A DNA stretch of 64,000 nucleotides from Vicinamibacteria bacterium (GCA_963578725.1 CAUZDS010000015.1:10000-73999); one strand, 5' to 3'. Shown: positions 43,456 through 57,361, counted from the stretch's first letter. A program made the numbers and translations. The notes: generated by a model from the letters alone, not told the origin.

Positions 43456-43902
43456 ATGAGTACCCAGACACAGTCCATAACGGATGAACGGTATCAGGAA
43501 CTACGTCACATTCTTGACGTTCGGCACGACGAAATTGCCGGCGAGGTGCAGCACAAGATTCGCACTGTCCGGACCGAGGCGACGAAGACGACGAAGTATG
43601 GTGCAGCTGACGTGGCCGAAACATCGGAATCGGATATCCAGGACGACATCGAGTTCGCGCTAATCCAGATGAAGGCGGAGACGCTCGACAAGATCGATGC
43701 GGCCCTGGTCCGGCTCGAGGAAGGCGCCTACGGGTACTGCTACGAGTGCGGCGAGGAAATCGTCGAGCGCCGGCTGCGGGCCCTGCCGTTCGCCGTCCGC
43801 TGTAAGAACTGCGAAGAGGTTCGCGAGATGGAGCAAAGCCGCGAGCGCGTGCTCGAATCCCGCAGCAAGGCCGTCTTGCTATTCGGCACCTCGTCCAGCT
43901 AG
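43456..43902 (+). CDS. DksA/TraR family C4 zinc-finger protein
   Basis: SD GAAGGAG; coiled coil, then [38 protein letters not shown]. Confidence 0.9.
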   Translation: MSTQTQSITDERYQELRHILDVRHDEIAGEVQHKIRTVRTEATKTTKYGAADVAETSESDIQDDIEFALIQMKAETLDKIDAALVRLEEGAYGYCYECGEEIVERRLRALPFAVRCKNCEEVREMEQSRERVLESRSKAVLLFGTSSS

Positions 43903-44047
43903 CGCACCCGACCGCTTCCAACGACACGCACGGTCGTTTTGGCGTGCCGCGTCGTCGGCTTTCGGGTTAGACTCCAACCCGTTGGCTGCTCCAGCCTGCT
44001 GGGGCGGGCCGACTTCTCACCCTTGGCTCGGCAGGGAGAATCGTAGG

Positions 44048-46498
<2,451 letters not shown>

Positions 46499-46604
46499 AG
46501 CGTCAGCCAGCCGGACGTGCCACGTTGGATGTGGGCGCCTCCTGTGGCGACGGACGGGTGGCCAGGCGGGACTGGAGCGCGACTTCGTCGGGGGTCGTCC
46601 CCCA

Positions 46605-47530
46605 ATGAATCCTGGCGACAGGCTAATACAGGTCGTCTACTCGTCCCGCTACGCGATCGATATCGGACAGCATATCTTTTCGATCGAGAAATACCAGCAC
46701 ATTTGCGACCGGCTGGTCGCCGCGACTCATCCGCGCCTGATCAGCAGCGTCGAGCCGCAGGTTGCCTCCTTGGATCAGCTTGCCCCGGCGCATACAGGTT
46801 CATACCTCGAGAAGGTCCACACCCTCACCCTGTCGCCAGCCGAGATCGCCGGCCTTGAGCTGCCGCTGACCGAGGCGGTTGTGGGGGGATTCCGGCTGAT
46901 GACCGGTGGCACCGTGACTGCCGCCAGCCTGGCGCTAGCGGATGGCATCGCCGCCCACATAGCCGGTGGGTTCCACCACGCCTTCGCGAACCACGGCGAG
47001 GGGTTCTGTCTGTTCAACGACGTGGCGGTGGCCATTCAGGTGCTCCGTCTGGAAGGGGCCGTGTCGCGCACCGCCGTCGTGGATGTGGATCTGGATGTCC
47101 ATCACGGCAACGGCACCGCGATGATCTAGGCTCAGGATCCGGCCGTGTTTACGTTCTCGATGCACGAGTAGCACAACTACCCGGCGTTCAAGCCACGCGG
47201 CGCGCTCGACATCGGCCTCGCGCCTGGCACCGACGACGCGTCCTACCTGGCGCAGCTTGAGGCGGCGCTACCGCACGTTGTCGCGCACCGACCCGACACG
47301 GTGTTCTATCTGGCCGGTGCGGATCCGTTTAAAGGACGACCAGTTGGGGAATATCAAGCTAACCAAGGATGGGCTACGACAGTGGGACCGTCTCGTGCTG
47401 CGCGCCGTGCGCGCCGCGGGCCACCCGACCGCTATCATCACGGCCGGCGGCTACGCCAGACAGCTCTTAGACACCGTCGACATCAACGTCGCGACCATCG
47501 AGGAAGCCCGGACGGAGCTGGGCTGTGAAA
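46605..47530 (+). pseudogene. Histone deacetylase family protein, disrupted (3' end approximate)
   Basis: GGFHHA, GFCLFND, DLDVHHGNGT, AGAD, GGY motifs; TAG at 47127 and 47169, +1 frameshift near 47332. Confidence 0.88.
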
Positions 47531-47653
47531 CCCCCAAGCGTTTCCTCTCGCTACTGAAACAGCTTCACCGCCTCGATTATCGCGCCTTGCAGCGGTCGAG
47601 CACGGTATCGGTCGCAATCGTTCTCGGTGCGACGCGGGGTCGCACTACGGGTC

Positions 47654-48229
47654 CTAGATCAGCGTCAGACCCAACGCGGTCTTCATGTCGGGCGTGTCGC
47701 CGTCCCGAACGAGCCGGCGGGCTGCGTCCACGGTGAAGATCCTGGCCTCGATCTCCTCGTCCTCGTCGGGCTCCGCATCGTGCTCTGGCTCCTGCAGTCC
47801 GGTTAGACGGAAGAAGATCATCAGCTCGTCACAGTAGCCCGGGGTTGGATAGAAGGCGCCGAGGCGTTCGAGCTGAGTCGGGACCTGGTTGATCTCTTCG
47901 TGGCACTCGCGGGCGGCGGCCCGCTCGGCGGTCTCGTTCCGGTCGATGCCACCGGCGGGGAGCTCCCAGACCCACCGGTCGATCGCGTAGCGATACTGGC
48001 GAACGAGGATGATGTGGTCCGGGTCTGGCATCGGGAGCAGGATGGCCGAGGCGGGGTGGCGGATGACATTCATCATGGCCTCTGGACCATGGGGGAGTCT
48101 GACGCGATCCAATTGGACGGTGAAGACCTTGCCGGTGAAGACGGTCTCACTTGAAAGGGTTCGTTGGTTCATGGGCGGATACTCCGAGCAACAGGGGTTG
48201 GGAGTCAGCGGAGCCATCGCCGTCATCAA
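47654..48229 (-). CDS. NUDIX hydrolase (ADP-ribose pyrophosphatase-like)
   Basis: LVRQYRY, WELPAGG...AAARECHEE, PGYCDE, DMKT. Confidence 0.9.
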   Translation of the reverse strand: MMTAMAPLTPNPCCSEYPPMNQRTLSSETVFTGKVFTVQLDRVRLPHGPEAMMNVIRHPASAILLPMPDPDHIILVRQYRYAIDRWVWELPAGGIDRNETAERAAARECHEEINQVPTQLERLGAFYPTPGYCDELMIFFRLTGLQEPEHDAEPDEDEEIEARIFTVDAARRLVRDGDTPDMKTALGLTLI

Positions 48230-49260
48230 GGTTTCGCAACCTCACTGATCGCGTGAAGCTGGCCACGCCGTTCCCGAAGTGCGTCAAGCACTGCCTGAAG
48301 GTCCTCGGGTAGCGGGGTCGTGAATTCGACTCGCCGACCGTCGCGCGGATGCGTGAAGGCGAGCCTGGCGGCATGTAGAAAGGGGCGGTTCAGCGTGGCC
48401 AGGATTCGGTGGTCGGCGGCGAGGTGTCGGCGGATGCCGCCGTAGACGGGGTCACTGACGATCGGGTGACCGATGCTACTGAGGTGGACCCTGATTTGGT
48501 GCGTACGCCCGGTGGCGATGGAGACCGTCGCGAGGGTGAGGCCGCGGAGACGTTCGGTGCGAGTCACACGCGTCACCGCCGATCGCGCACGGCGGGCGCG
48601 GGTTGACATCTTCTGGCGGTTGACCGGGTCGCGGCCGACATTGGCGTCGATGCGGCGTCCGGTGTTGAGAAGGCCCCAGACCAGCGCCACGTATTCCTTT
48701 GTGACATTGCGGTCGGCGAACTGGCGTGACAGCTCAGCGTGCGCGGCGTCGTGCTTGGCGACGACCAGCAGACCCGAGGTGCCGCGGTCGAGCCGATGGA
48801 CGATACCGGGGCGCAGCTGGCCGCCGATGCCGCTCAGACCCTTGACGTGGTGCAGTAGTGCGTTGACCAGGGTACCGCTCGTATGACCGACGGCCGGGTG
48901 GACGACCATGCCGGCCGGCTTATCGACCACCACCAGGTCGGAGTCGTCATAGACGATAGTGATCGGGAGCGCTTCGGGGCTCGGAGATGAGGGCGCCGGT
49001 GAGGGGATCTCCAGGTCGATGGTGTCGCCGGTGTGCACCGCATGGCTCGGCCGGACCGGCTTCTGATTTAGGCGGATGTGGCCGTCTCGGACCAGCCGCT
49101 GGATCTGAGAGCGAGACCGCCCTGGTACTATCGCCGTGATGCAGTGGTCCAGGCGGTCGCCGTCGTGCTCGTCGGTCACCTCGAGCCGCAGCGCTTCGCT
49201 GACGACATCGCCACCGGGCTCTTCATGGTCGCCCATCCCACTTCCGGCCACGCGGCTCAC
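48226..49260 (-). CDS. rluD: RluA/RluD family 23S rRNA pseudouridine synthase (start GTG 49260 or ATG 49236)
   Basis: S4 domain (DRLD..SRSQIQRL), DKPAGMVVHP, GIVHRLDRGTSG, TGRTHQIRVH, FLHAARL. Confidence 0.93.
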   Translation of the reverse strand: MSRVAGSGMGDHEEPGGDVVSEALRLEVTDEHDGDRLDHCITAIVPGRSRSQIQRLVRDGHIRLNQKPVRPSHAVHTGDTIDLEIPSPAPSSPSPEALPITIVYDDSDLVVVDKPAGMVVHPAVGHTSGTLVNALLHHVKGLSGIGGQLRPGIVHRLDRGTSGLLVVAKHDAAHAELSRQFADRNVTKEYVALVWGLLNTGRRIDANVGRDPVNRQKMSTRARRARSAVTRVTRTERLRGLTLATVSIATGRTHQIRVHLSSIGHPIVSDPVYGGIRRHLAADHRILATLNRPFLHAARLAFTHPRDGRRVEFTTPLPEDLQAVLDALRERRGQLHAISEVAKP

Positions 49261-50063
49261 TTTCGCCGGGACCTCGCCGAGGCGTCCTCCGGCGCGCCTC
49301 GCTGGCCCAGCCATATCAACATCACGATGCTCAGCGGCACGATCAATGCTGAGAGGAATTGCGAGGTCGGGATGGTGCCGAACGCCATGCCACGCGGGTC
49401 GCCGCGGTAGAACTCGATGACGAACCTGGCGAGAGGGTAGAGCAGCATGTAGGTCCAGAAGGTCCGACCCGGGAACCTTCGCCACCGGTACTCGCCAGCG
49501 AGCAGGATCCCGAAGACGGAAAGCGCGGCTATCGCTTCGTAGATCTGGGTTGGGTGCAGCGCGATCTCGAGCGGGGTGCCGACGTTGGCGGCCGCTAGCG
49601 TGTTGGTGAAGGTGATACCCCACGGCAGGTCGGTCGGCAGGCCGTAGCAGCAGCCCGCCATTAGACAACCCAGTCGGCCGACGGCATGGCCGAGCGCGAT
49701 CCCGGGTGCGAACAGGTCGCAGGTCATCCAGAGCGGCAGCTTGTGCCGGCGGATGTACCACCAGGCGACCGGTATGGCCAGGAGTAGTCCACCGTAGAAG
49801 ACGCCGCCCGACTTCAGCAGCGTCCAGAGCCGCGAGGGGTCGCTGGTGAACTGGTCGAAGTTGACCGCGAATAGCATCAGCTTGGCGCCAATCAGAGCGC
49901 TGATGATGACGAAGATCCCTAGGTCCATTATTCGCTGGCCGTTCAGACCGGCGCGGTCCGCGCGGCGTAGCGCGACGCGCAGCCCGACGATGTAGGCGGT
50001 CGCCAGCAGCACGCCGTAGCTATAGATGCTGAGCGGGCCCAGCTCAAAGAGGAGTGGGTACAT
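49257..50063 (-). CDS. lgt: Prolipoprotein diacylglyceryl transferase
   Basis: GGVFYGG, GRLGCLMAGCCYG, HPTQIYE, RFVIEFYRGD. Confidence 0.93.
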   Translation of the reverse strand: MYPLLFELGPLSIYSYGVLLATAYIVGLRVALRRADRAGLNGQRIMDLGIFVIISALIGAKLMLFAVNFDQFTSDPSRLWTLLKSGGVFYGGLLLAIPVAWWYIRRHKLPLWMTCDLFAPGIALGHAVGRLGCLMAGCCYGLPTDLPWGITFTNTLAAANVGTPLEIALHPTQIYEAIAALSVFGILLAGEYRWRRFPGRTFWTYMLLYPLARFVIEFYRGDPRGMAFGTIPTSQFLSALIVPLSIVMLIWLGQRGAPEDASARSRRK

Positions 50064-50604
50064 CGCGGCTCGCCACGAACATGTCCAGGATCAATAGGCA
50101 GGCGCCCACCGTTATCGCTGAGTCGGCCACGTTGAACGCCCAGAAGTGATAGATCCGCCAGTACACGTCGATGAAGTCGATAACATAGCCGGCCGATGCG
50201 CGGTCGATCAGGTTGCCGATGGCGCCGCCCAGAATAAGCGCCAGTCCGGATCGGGCCAGCGAATCCTGCGACCGGACCTGCCACGCGTACGTTCCGATCG
50301 CCACCAGGGCGACCACCGCGACGGTTGTCATCAGAAGCTGTTTGTTGGCGATGTTTACCGTGTTCAGGAACCCGAATGCAGCGCCGGTGTTCCGCACGTG
50401 CACGAGGTTCAGCAGCCCAGGTACGACCGCGATGCTGTCGTGTAGCGAGGTCTGGGTCCGGACCAGTAGCTTTGTGACCTGGTCGAGGACGAGGATCGCC
50501 ACGATGATTGTCCCCATGACCCGCCGCGTCATGAAGCCGGCTCCAGCTCCGGCGATGTCGGGTGCCGGCGTGACGACGGGTGCCGTCTGGGACTCGATGG
50601 CCAT
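50044..50604 (-). CDS. lspA: Lipoprotein signal peptidase II
   Basis: LDQVTK, NTGAAFG, GGAIGNLIDR, VIDFI, FNVADSAI; follows ileS. Confidence 0.95.
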   Translation of the reverse strand: MAIESQTAPVVTPAPDIAGAGAGFMTRRVMGTIIVAILVLDQVTKLLVRTQTSLHDSIAVVPGLLNLVHVRNTGAAFGFLNTVNIANKQLLMTTVAVVALVAIGTYAWQVRSQDSLARSGLALILGGAIGNLIDRASAGYVIDFIDVYWRIYHFWAFNVADSAITVGACLLILDMFVASRDVPTPL

Positions 50605-50615
50605 TCGCGGTGTGG

Positions 50616-53447
50616 TCACCCGACCGGGGTGACCGGTTCCGATAGCACTTCCGCGCAGCGGTCGCAGACCTTGGTCTCGGCTTCGTCTTCGGTCGTTGCT
50701 CTGGGCCGCACCCAGCGCCAGCAGCGTGGGCACTTGGCCGCGTCGACGCGTCTCACCTGGATACGCGCGCTCCCGGTCGTGCCGCGGTAGACCACCGCCG
50801 CGGCTGCGTCGTCGTCGGAACCGGTTTCCAAGGAGACCGTCGAAGCGATGAACAGCATCGGTAGGTCGTCACGATACGTCTCGAGTAGCTGCGCCAGTGC
50901 CCCGTCGGCGGTCACGGTGACCGCCGCTTCGAGCGACGTGCCGACGACCTTGTCCTGTCTCAGCTTCTCGATCTCGCCGTTAACGGCGTCGCGCAGGCTC
51001 AGCAGGTGCGTCCAACGGTCGATTATCTCTGGGTCGACCAGCGTCTCGACCGCTTTCGGGAAGTCGGCCAAGTGCACGCTGTCGGCGTCGGCGCCCGGTA
51101 GCGTGAGCCACAGCTCGTCCGCCGTCACCGGCAGAATCGGCGCAAGGAGCCTGGTCAGGCCGTCGACAATCGTGTGGATGGCTGTCTGCGCCGACCGGCG
51201 GGCCTCTGAACCGGCGCGGAGGGTGTAGAGTCGGTCCTTCGAGATGTCCACGTAGAACGCGCTCAGGTCGACCGTTAGGTAGTTGTTGAGCGTGTGCACA
51301 ATCGTCGGGAACTCGTAGCGGTCGTAGGCACGCAGCACGCGAGCCGCCACCTCGCCGTAACGGGCGAGCGCATAGCGGTCCACCTCGCTCAGTCGGTCGA
51401 GCGGCAAGGCGTCAGCCGCCGGGTCAAAGTCGTACAGATTCGCCACCATGATCCGCAGCGTGTTGCGAATCTTCCGGTAGGCCTCTACGACACGAGCCAG
51501 GATTTGAGTGCCGATTCGCACCTCCTCGCGGTAGTCGACCATTGCCACCCAGAGCCGTAGAATCTCCGCACCGCTTTGCTTGATGATCGTCTGTGGCTCG
51601 ATGGTGTTGCCGAGCGATTTGGACATCTTGCGGCCCGACTCGTCCACCACGAAGCCGTGGGTAATCACCTGTCGGTAAGGCGCCGCGTTGCGGGTGCCCA
51701 GCCCGACCAGTAGGGAGCTGTGAAACCAGCCCCGGTACTGGTCGCTGCCCTCGAGATACACCGTGTACGGCCACTGTAGCTCGGGGTGGTTGACCAACAC
51801 TCCTTCGTGGCTTGACCCCGAGTCGAACCAGACGTCGAGAATGTCGCGTTCCCGCTCGAACTCGGCGCCGCCACATTTCTGGCAACGCAGGTCCGGCGGC
51901 ACGAACTCTCTGATGTCACGTTCGTACCACGCCTCGGCACCATGCTCGGCGAAGACGGTGGCCGCGCGGTCGGTTAGTTCGGTCGTCAGTGTCGCTTCCC
52001 GGCACCCCGAGCAGTAGACCGCCGGAATCGGTACGCCCCAAGACCGCTGGCGCGAGATGCACCAGTCCGGCCGGTTGGCCAGCATGTTGCGGATGCGCTC
52101 CTCGCCCCAGGCTGGGAACCACTCCACTTGCTTGATGGCCGCCAGTGCCCGGCCGCGCAGGTCGCCGGTGTCCATGGAGATGAACCACTGCCATGTGGCC
52201 AGGAAAATCACCGGGTGATGACACCGCCAGCAGTGCGGGTACGCGTGGTCGAGCAGCTCGCTGTGCCATAGTCGGCCCGCCCCGGCCAGTGCCGCCTCCA
52301 CTTTTGGGTTGGCATCGAAGACCTGCTCACCGCCCACAATCTCCACGTCGTCGTCGAACCGGCCCGACGGTCCAATCGGGGCGTAGATCTCCAGCCCGTA
52401 GCGCACGCCGGTGTTGTAGTCGTCGGCGCCGTGCCCAGGCGCGGTGTGGACCACACCCGTGCCCTGCTCCAGCGTGACGTAGTTGGCCAGCACGCCCACC
52501 GAGTCCCGGTCGTAGAGCGGGTGTCGAAACCGCAGCCCCTCGAGGTCGCGCCCCTTCAGGCCGGCGAGCTTCGGGCCGAAGGGACGGCCGACCGCCTCTG
52601 CGACCTGCCCGGCTAGAGCCTTGGCCACGATGACCGCCGTGCCGCCGACGTCATGGACGGAGTAATCGAGGTCTGGGTGGAAAGCCACCGCTAGGTTTGA
52701 CGGGATCGTCCAGGGCGTGGTCGTCCAGATGAGCGCCGAGACCCGCCAGTCTGCCAGGCCCGGGGCCCGCGCCGCCAGTTCGAGCACGCTCTGGGCGTGT
52801 AGCGGAAATTCGACGAAGATCGATGGCGAGGTATGGTCTTCGTATTCCACTTCGGCTTCGGCGAGCGCCGTGCGGCAATGCAGACACCAGTGCACCGGCT
52901 TCTTGCCTTTGTAGACCGCTCCCTGTTCGACGAATCGGCCCAGGCTTCGCACGATCGCGGCCTGGAAGTCCGGGGCCATCGTCAGATAGGGCCGGTCCCA
53001 GGCGCCGAGCACGCCGAGCCGCTGGAAGTCGGCCGACTGTCGCTCGACGAAACGCTGGGCGTACCGGCGGCAGGCCCGGCGAAATTCGGCCACGCTCATC
53101 TCGCGCTTCTTCCCGCCGAGCTGCCGGTCCACCTTCAGCTCGATCGGGAGCCCGTGACAGTCCCAGCCTGGCACGTAGTGTGCGTCGAATCCAGCCATCG
53201 TCCGTGATTTGACGATGATGTCTTTTAATACCTTGTTCAGCGCATGCCCAATGTGGATCTGCCCGTTGGCGTAGGGCGGTCCGTCATGCAGCACGAACCG
53301 CGGGGCGCCAGCCCGGTGCTTGCGGATGCGCGCGTAGAGCCCCATCTCGCGCCAGCGCTCGAGAGTGGCCGGCTCCGTCGCTTGGAGGTTGGCCTTCATC
53401 GGAAAACTGGTGCGAGGCAGGTTGAGGGTCTTCTTCCAGTCAGGCAT
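50616..53447 (-). CDS. ileS: Isoleucine--tRNA ligase (type 1)
   Basis: [50 protein letters not shown]-terminal CPRC...CDRC. Confidence 0.98.
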   Translation of the reverse strand: MPDWKKTLNLPRTSFPMKANLQATEPATLERWREMGLYARIRKHRAGAPRFVLHDGPPYANGQIHIGHALNKVLKDIIVKSRTMAGFDAHYVPGWDCHGLPIELKVDRQLGGKKREMSVAEFRRACRRYAQRFVERQSADFQRLGVLGAWDRPYLTMAPDFQAAIVRSLGRFVEQGAVYKGKKPVHWCLHCRTALAEAEVEYEDHTSPSIFVEFPLHAQSVLELAARAPGLADWRVSALIWTTTPWTIPSNLAVAFHPDLDYSVHDVGGTAVIVAKALAGQVAEAVGRPFGPKLAGLKGRDLEGLRFRHPLYDRDSVGVLANYVTLEQGTGVVHTAPGHGADDYNTGVRYGLEIYAPIGPSGRFDDDVEIVGGEQVFDANPKVEAALAGAGRLWHSELLDHAYPHCWRCHHPVIFLATWQWFISMDTGDLRGRALAAIKQVEWFPAWGEERIRNMLANRPDWCISRQRSWGVPIPAVYCSGCREATLTTELTDRAATVFAEHGAEAWYERDIREFVPPDLRCQKCGGAEFERERDILDVWFDSGSSHEGVLVNHPELQWPYTVYLEGSDQYRGWFHSSLLVGLGTRNAAPYRQVITHGFVVDESGRKMSKSLGNTIEPQTIIKQSGAEILRLWVAMVDYREEVRIGTQILARVVEAYRKIRNTLRIMVANLYDFDPAADALPLDRLSEVDRYALARYGEVAARVLRAYDRYEFPTIVHTLNNYLTVDLSAFYVDISKDRLYTLRAGSEARRSAQTAIHTIVDGLTRLLAPILPVTADELWLTLPGADADSVHLADFPKAVETLVDPEIIDRWTHLLSLRDAVNGEIEKLRQDKVVGTSLEAAVTVTADGALAQLLETYRDDLPMLFIASTVSLETGSDDDAAAAVVYRGTTGSARIQVRRVDAAKCPRCWRWVRPRATTEDEAETKVCDRCAEVLSEPVTPVG

Positions 53448-53548
53448 CACGACACAAACATCGCAGTCTGTCATTGTAGTGCATGGCCCTGACGGGCTCC
53501 GCGCACCGCTCCCGGGGGCGTACCGGGTCGCCCTGTATAATTGAAGCC

Positions 53549-53785
53549 GTGTCCCCGGAGGCTCCCGCCCGTGACGGCGCTTTGCCAATCCCCCGTACCG
53601 CAGTGCTCGACAACGGCTTGAAGGTTCTCATCCAGGAAGCACGCACGGCTCCGTTGGTCTCTGTGTGGTGCTGGTATCGGGTCGAGTCGAAAGACGAGCC
53701 GCCGGGGCTCACCGGGGCGGCGCGCGGCGCGCTCGTGACCGAGCGCGCCGCGATCGCGATTGCGGGGCCGTACGAGGACTCGTGA
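53549..53785 (+). pseudogene. Internally deleted M16 (pitrilysin-family) peptidase remnant
   Basis: [32 protein letters not shown] is an M16 N-terminus that stops just before HxxEH and joins a C-terminus-like AAR...IAIAGP. Confidence 0.7.
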
Positions 53786-54474
53786 CGAAAGCGGTCTTCT
53801 TCGACGTCGACTTCACACTCATCTACCCGGGGCCGACCTTCGACGCCGCCGGCTACGGGTTGTTCAGCGACCGGCACGGGCTGCGTGTCGACACCGCGCG
53901 GTTCGACTCGGCGGTCGCCATCGCGTCGGGCGAGCTCGAGGTGGACGCGGACGCGAGCTATCGGCCCGAGCTGTTCGTGCGCTATGCGCGGCGGGTCATC
54001 GAGGAGATGGGCGGCCGCGGTCCCAGACTCGACGCCTGCGCGCGAGAGATCTACGAAGAGTGGGCCGTGTGCCGGCACTTTTCGCTGTACGACGACGTCA
54101 AGCCGGTGCTGCGTCAGCTTCACCAGCGTGGTCTGCGGCTCGGGCTGATCTCGAACACGCACCGCTGTCTCAGTTCGTTCCAAAGCTACTTCAAGCTCGA
54201 CACTTTCATCACCGGCGCCGTCTCTTCATCCGACCACGGGTTCATGAAGCCGCACCCGAGTATCTTCGAGGCGGCGCTTCGCGAGCTTGGCGTAGCGGCG
54301 GACGAGGCCGTGATGGTAGGCGACAGCGTCAATCATGACGTGGCCGGCGCGCGCCGGCTCGGTATGGGAGCCGTGCTACTGGCGCGGTCTGGCCGGACCG
54401 ACCGCCGGGTCGAGGGTGTACCGGTCATCACCACGCTCAGGGAGTTGCCAGCCGTTGTCGCGGGTTCTGACTGA
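53782..54474 (+). CDS. HAD-superfamily hydrolase
   Basis: FFDVDFTL, LISN, KPHPSIF, MVGDSVNHDVAGA; GTGA overlap with the upstream remnant. Confidence 0.9.
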   Translation: MTKAVFFDVDFTLIYPGPTFDAAGYGLFSDRHGLRVDTARFDSAVAIASGELEVDADASYRPELFVRYARRVIEEMGGRGPRLDACAREIYEEWAVCRHFSLYDDVKPVLRQLHQRGLRLGLISNTHRCLSSFQSYFKLDTFITGAVSSSDHGFMKPHPSIFEAALRELGVAADEAVMVGDSVNHDVAGARRLGMGAVLLARSGRTDRRVEGVPVITTLRELPAVVAGSD

Positions 54475-54565
54475 GCGTCAGTCATTCAACGGTCCGTCGC
54501 AGCAGCAGTCAGCTGCCGTTTGTTGCCCTGTGTCATGTGAGGCGGGGCGTACGGCTGCAAGGCAC

Positions 54566-54925
54566 CTACCCTGGCGGCCAGGCCATGTTTCGTCCCGCCA
54601 GCAAGTGCAGGTGGATGTGGAAGACCGACTGCCCGGCACCGCGGTTACAGTTGACCACCGTCCGGAAGCCGTCCTGTGCATGCCCACGCTCTCCGGCGAT
54701 CTGCGCGGCGCGAGCTATCAGGCCACCCAGCAGGAGCTCGTCCCCCGGCCGCACGTCGTTCAGCGTCGAGATGTGCCGTCGTGGGATGATCAGTACGTGG
54801 AACGGCGCTTGCGGGTTGACGTCCTCGAACACCAGTAGCTGATCGTCTTGGTAGAGGATCGTCGCGGGGATCTCGCCGTTGGCGATCTTGCAGAAGAGAC
54901 AATCATCGGGCATGCGGGCCTCCAT
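54566..54925 (-). CDS. hinT: HIT-family nucleotide-binding protein
   Basis: DCLFCKI, DVNPQAPFH, GQSVFHIHLHLL, WPPG. Confidence 0.93.
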   Translation of the reverse strand: MEARMPDDCLFCKIANGEIPATILYQDDQLLVFEDVNPQAPFHVLIIPRRHISTLNDVRPGDELLLGGLIARAAQIAGERGHAQDGFRTVVNCNRGAGQSVFHIHLHLLAGRNMAWPPG

Positions 54926-55045
54926 GGCGCCGGACGGGTGTAGTAGCTCTCAGCGAAACGTTCGGTTACATGACAGGTGTTCCCGTTACCGAAACGGCCG
55001 TTGGCGACCACGGACGAGTGTCCCGACCCGTTAGGCCAGGCCGTC

Positions 55046-55921
55046 TTAGCGGACGCGGCGGACCGCCACGGTCCGTGGGATGCCCTGCAGGTCCTTCTGG
55101 ATCTCGCCTAGAGACAGCTCGGGCTGGCGAGCCACGAGTTCGGTGACCGCCTGATCCTGCCCAGTACCGATCTCCAGCACAAGCCATCCGCCGAGTCGCA
55201 GCCGGAGCACCGCGGTCGGGAGTAGCTCGCGCGCCGGGTCGAGACCGTCCGGGCCACCGCACAGGGCTGCTGCCGGCTCGTAGCGCGCGACCTCGGGTGC
55301 CAGCTTCGCCATCTCTGGCTCTGGCACATACGGCGGGTTCGAGACGATGAGATCGTAGGGACCAAGCAGACCTTCGAGCCAGCGCGTCTCGTGGAAGCTG
55401 ATCCGGTCGCCCACGCTGTGCCGGGTGGCGTTCCGACGCGCGACGGCCAGCGCAGCCGGCGAGAAGTCGGTCGCCGTGATCTGTGCGCGCGGTAGCTCAT
55501 GGGCGAGGGCAACCGCGAGGCAGCCGGAGCCGGTGCCGACGTCGGCGACGGCCCACGGCGTCGCCCGGTCAGCGAGCAGCGCCACCCCGGTCTCGATCAG
55601 GAGCTCCGTCTCCGGCCTGGGGATCAGGACGTCACGCGTCACGGCGATGTCCAGACCCCAGAACTCCCGCGACCCGGTGATCTGCGCGACCGGTTCACGT
55701 CGGCAACGCCGCTCGATTAGCCGGTCGAACCGTCGATCAAACGCGGGTGGAGCCGGGTCCCGCGCGTGCGAGAGATACCGTGCGCGGTCCCAGCCGAGGG
55801 CGTGGCGGGCCAGCACTTCCACATCGAGTGCCGCGTCGTGTTCGCCGATACCGGAGGCGACGAGCGGCCACCGGGCGGCCGACACCCGTTCCTCTATCGG
55901 CGTCACCGCCGACCCGTGCAC
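55046..55921 (-). CDS. prmC: Release factor glutamine methyltransferase
   Basis: LIPRPETE, DVGTGSGC, SNPPY; directly after prfA. Confidence 0.96.
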   Translation of the reverse strand: MHGSAVTPIEERVSAARWPLVASGIGEHDAALDVEVLARHALGWDRARYLSHARDPAPPAFDRRFDRLIERRCRREPVAQITGSREFWGLDIAVTRDVLIPRPETELLIETGVALLADRATPWAVADVGTGSGCLAVALAHELPRAQITATDFSPAALAVARRNATRHSVGDRISFHETRWLEGLLGPYDLIVSNPPYVPEPEMAKLAPEVARYEPAAALCGGPDGLDPARELLPTAVLRLRLGGWLVLEIGTGQDQAVTELVARQPELSLGEIQKDLQGIPRTVAVRRVR

Positions 55922-55937
55922 CCGGACCGCCGTGCAA

Positions 55938-57017
55938 TCACGATCCGGAGACCCGCTCCGCGCTCTCGAGCTTCTCGGTCTGGAAGTGCGTTGTGAGAGC
56001 CTCGGTCATCTCGGCGAGATCGCCGTTGAGCATCTCGGTGAGGCGATGGGTAGTGAACCCGATCCGATGGTCGGTGACCCGGTTCTGCGGGAAGTTGTAA
56101 GTGCGGATCTTCTCCGACCGTTCGCCGGTGCCCACCTGGCTCCGCCGGTCTTGCGCGATCTCGTCGTGCTGGCGTTGGAGCTCCATCTCGTAGAGTCTCG
56201 ATCGCAGCACTTTCATTGCCTTCGCGCGGTTCTTGATCTGTGATTTCTCGTCCTGCTGAGACACGACCAGCCCCGTCGGCAGATGCGTGATCCGTACCGC
56301 CGAATACGTGGTGTTCACGCTTTGACCGCCCGGCCCACTCGAGCAAAAGGTGTCGACCCGCAGGTCCTTCGGGTCGATCGCGATGTCGACCTCCTCGGCC
56401 TCCGGAAGCACCGCGACGGTCGCCGTCGAGGTGTGGACGCGGCCGCTGGCTTCAGTGGCCGGCACCCGCTGCACCCGGTGGACGCCGCTTTCGTATTTCA
56501 GCTGGCTGTACACCTGGCGCCCCTCGAATAGCGCGATAACTTCCTTGATCGCGCCGACACCGCTCTCGCTGGTGGACATGACCTCCACCTTCCAGCCATG
56601 CCGCTCGGCGAACCGCGTGTACATCCGGAATAGATCGGCTGCGAACAGCCCGGCTTCGTCCCCACCGGTCCCCGCGCGAATCTCCAGTACGACGTTCTTA
56701 TCGTCGTTGGGGTCCTTGGGCACCAACAGGTTCTTGATCTCGGTCAGTAGCTCGTCGCGCCGTGTCTCGAACCGGGTCAGTTCCTGCACGGCCAGCTCCC
56801 GCAGATCGGGGTCGTTGCCGTCCGCCAGCTCTCGGGCCTCGCCGATCTCGGTCAGTACCGTCCTGTATTCACGGTACATCTCCACGACTGGCTGGATTTT
56901 GGCCAGCGCCTTCGAGTGGGCCCGATACTCTTTGGGATCGGCCTGCACCGCGGCGTTGCTGACGAGCGCCATCAACTCGTCGTAGCGTGATTCGATCGTC
57001 TGCAGCTTGTCGAACAT
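55938..57017 (-). CDS. prfA: Peptide chain release factor 1
   Basis: [12 protein letters not shown] (PxT), [19 protein letters not shown]. Confidence 0.98.
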   Translation of the reverse strand: MFDKLQTIESRYDELMALVSNAAVQADPKEYRAHSKALAKIQPVVEMYREYRTVLTEIGEARELADGNDPDLRELAVQELTRFETRRDELLTEIKNLLVPKDPNDDKNVVLEIRAGTGGDEAGLFAADLFRMYTRFAERHGWKVEVMSTSESGVGAIKEVIALFEGRQVYSQLKYESGVHRVQRVPATEASGRVHTSTATVAVLPEAEEVDIAIDPKDLRVDTFCSSGPGGQSVNTTYSAVRITHLPTGLVVSQQDEKSQIKNRAKAMKVLRSRLYEMELQRQHDEIAQDRRSQVGTGERSEKIRTYNFPQNRVTDHRIGFTTHRLTEMLNGDLAEMTEALTTHFQTEKLESAERVSGS

Positions 57018-57115
57018 GTCTGGGCTCTGGAGAAGGTCAAAGCATCTGAGTTTGGACGACTGGCGGCAGCCGACGGGCGTCGGAATACTTGTCCGTGCAC
57101 TGCGGACACGGGGCT

Positions 57116-57361
57116 CTATCCGCCGGATACCGGCGGCAGGAACGCCACCTCGTCGCCGTGGCTGACCGGTGCGTCCATCCGCGAGTACTCCGCGTTGACC
57201 GCCGTCGAGATCGAGACCTCGTAGTCCTGCAGCGCAGGAAATTCACTGGCCAGAGCTTCCCACACGGTTCGGACGGTGGCGCCGTCAGGCACCTGCCGCT
57301 CGATCTCTCCGGTGCCAGCGATGTCCCTCAGCCGGGCGAACAAACGGATGTTAACGCGCAT
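57116..57361 (-). CDS. moaD: Molybdopterin synthase sulfur carrier subunit
   Basis: [33 protein letters not shown]-terminus. Confidence 0.92.
   Translation of the reverse strand: MRVNIRLFARLRDIAGTGEIERQVPDGATVRTVWEALASEFPALQDYEVSISTAVNAEYSRMDAPVSHGDEVAFLPPVSGG

Noticed and set aside
47127-47171. Two in-frame TAG codons as pyrrolysine or stop-codon reassignment
   Set aside because: The same gene also has a frameshift, many intact genes here end in TAG, RF1 is present and no pyl genes are visible.
53448-53540. T-box leader upstream of ileS
   Set aside because: A TACAAT -10 lies only 25 nt from the ATG and there is no T-box sequence.
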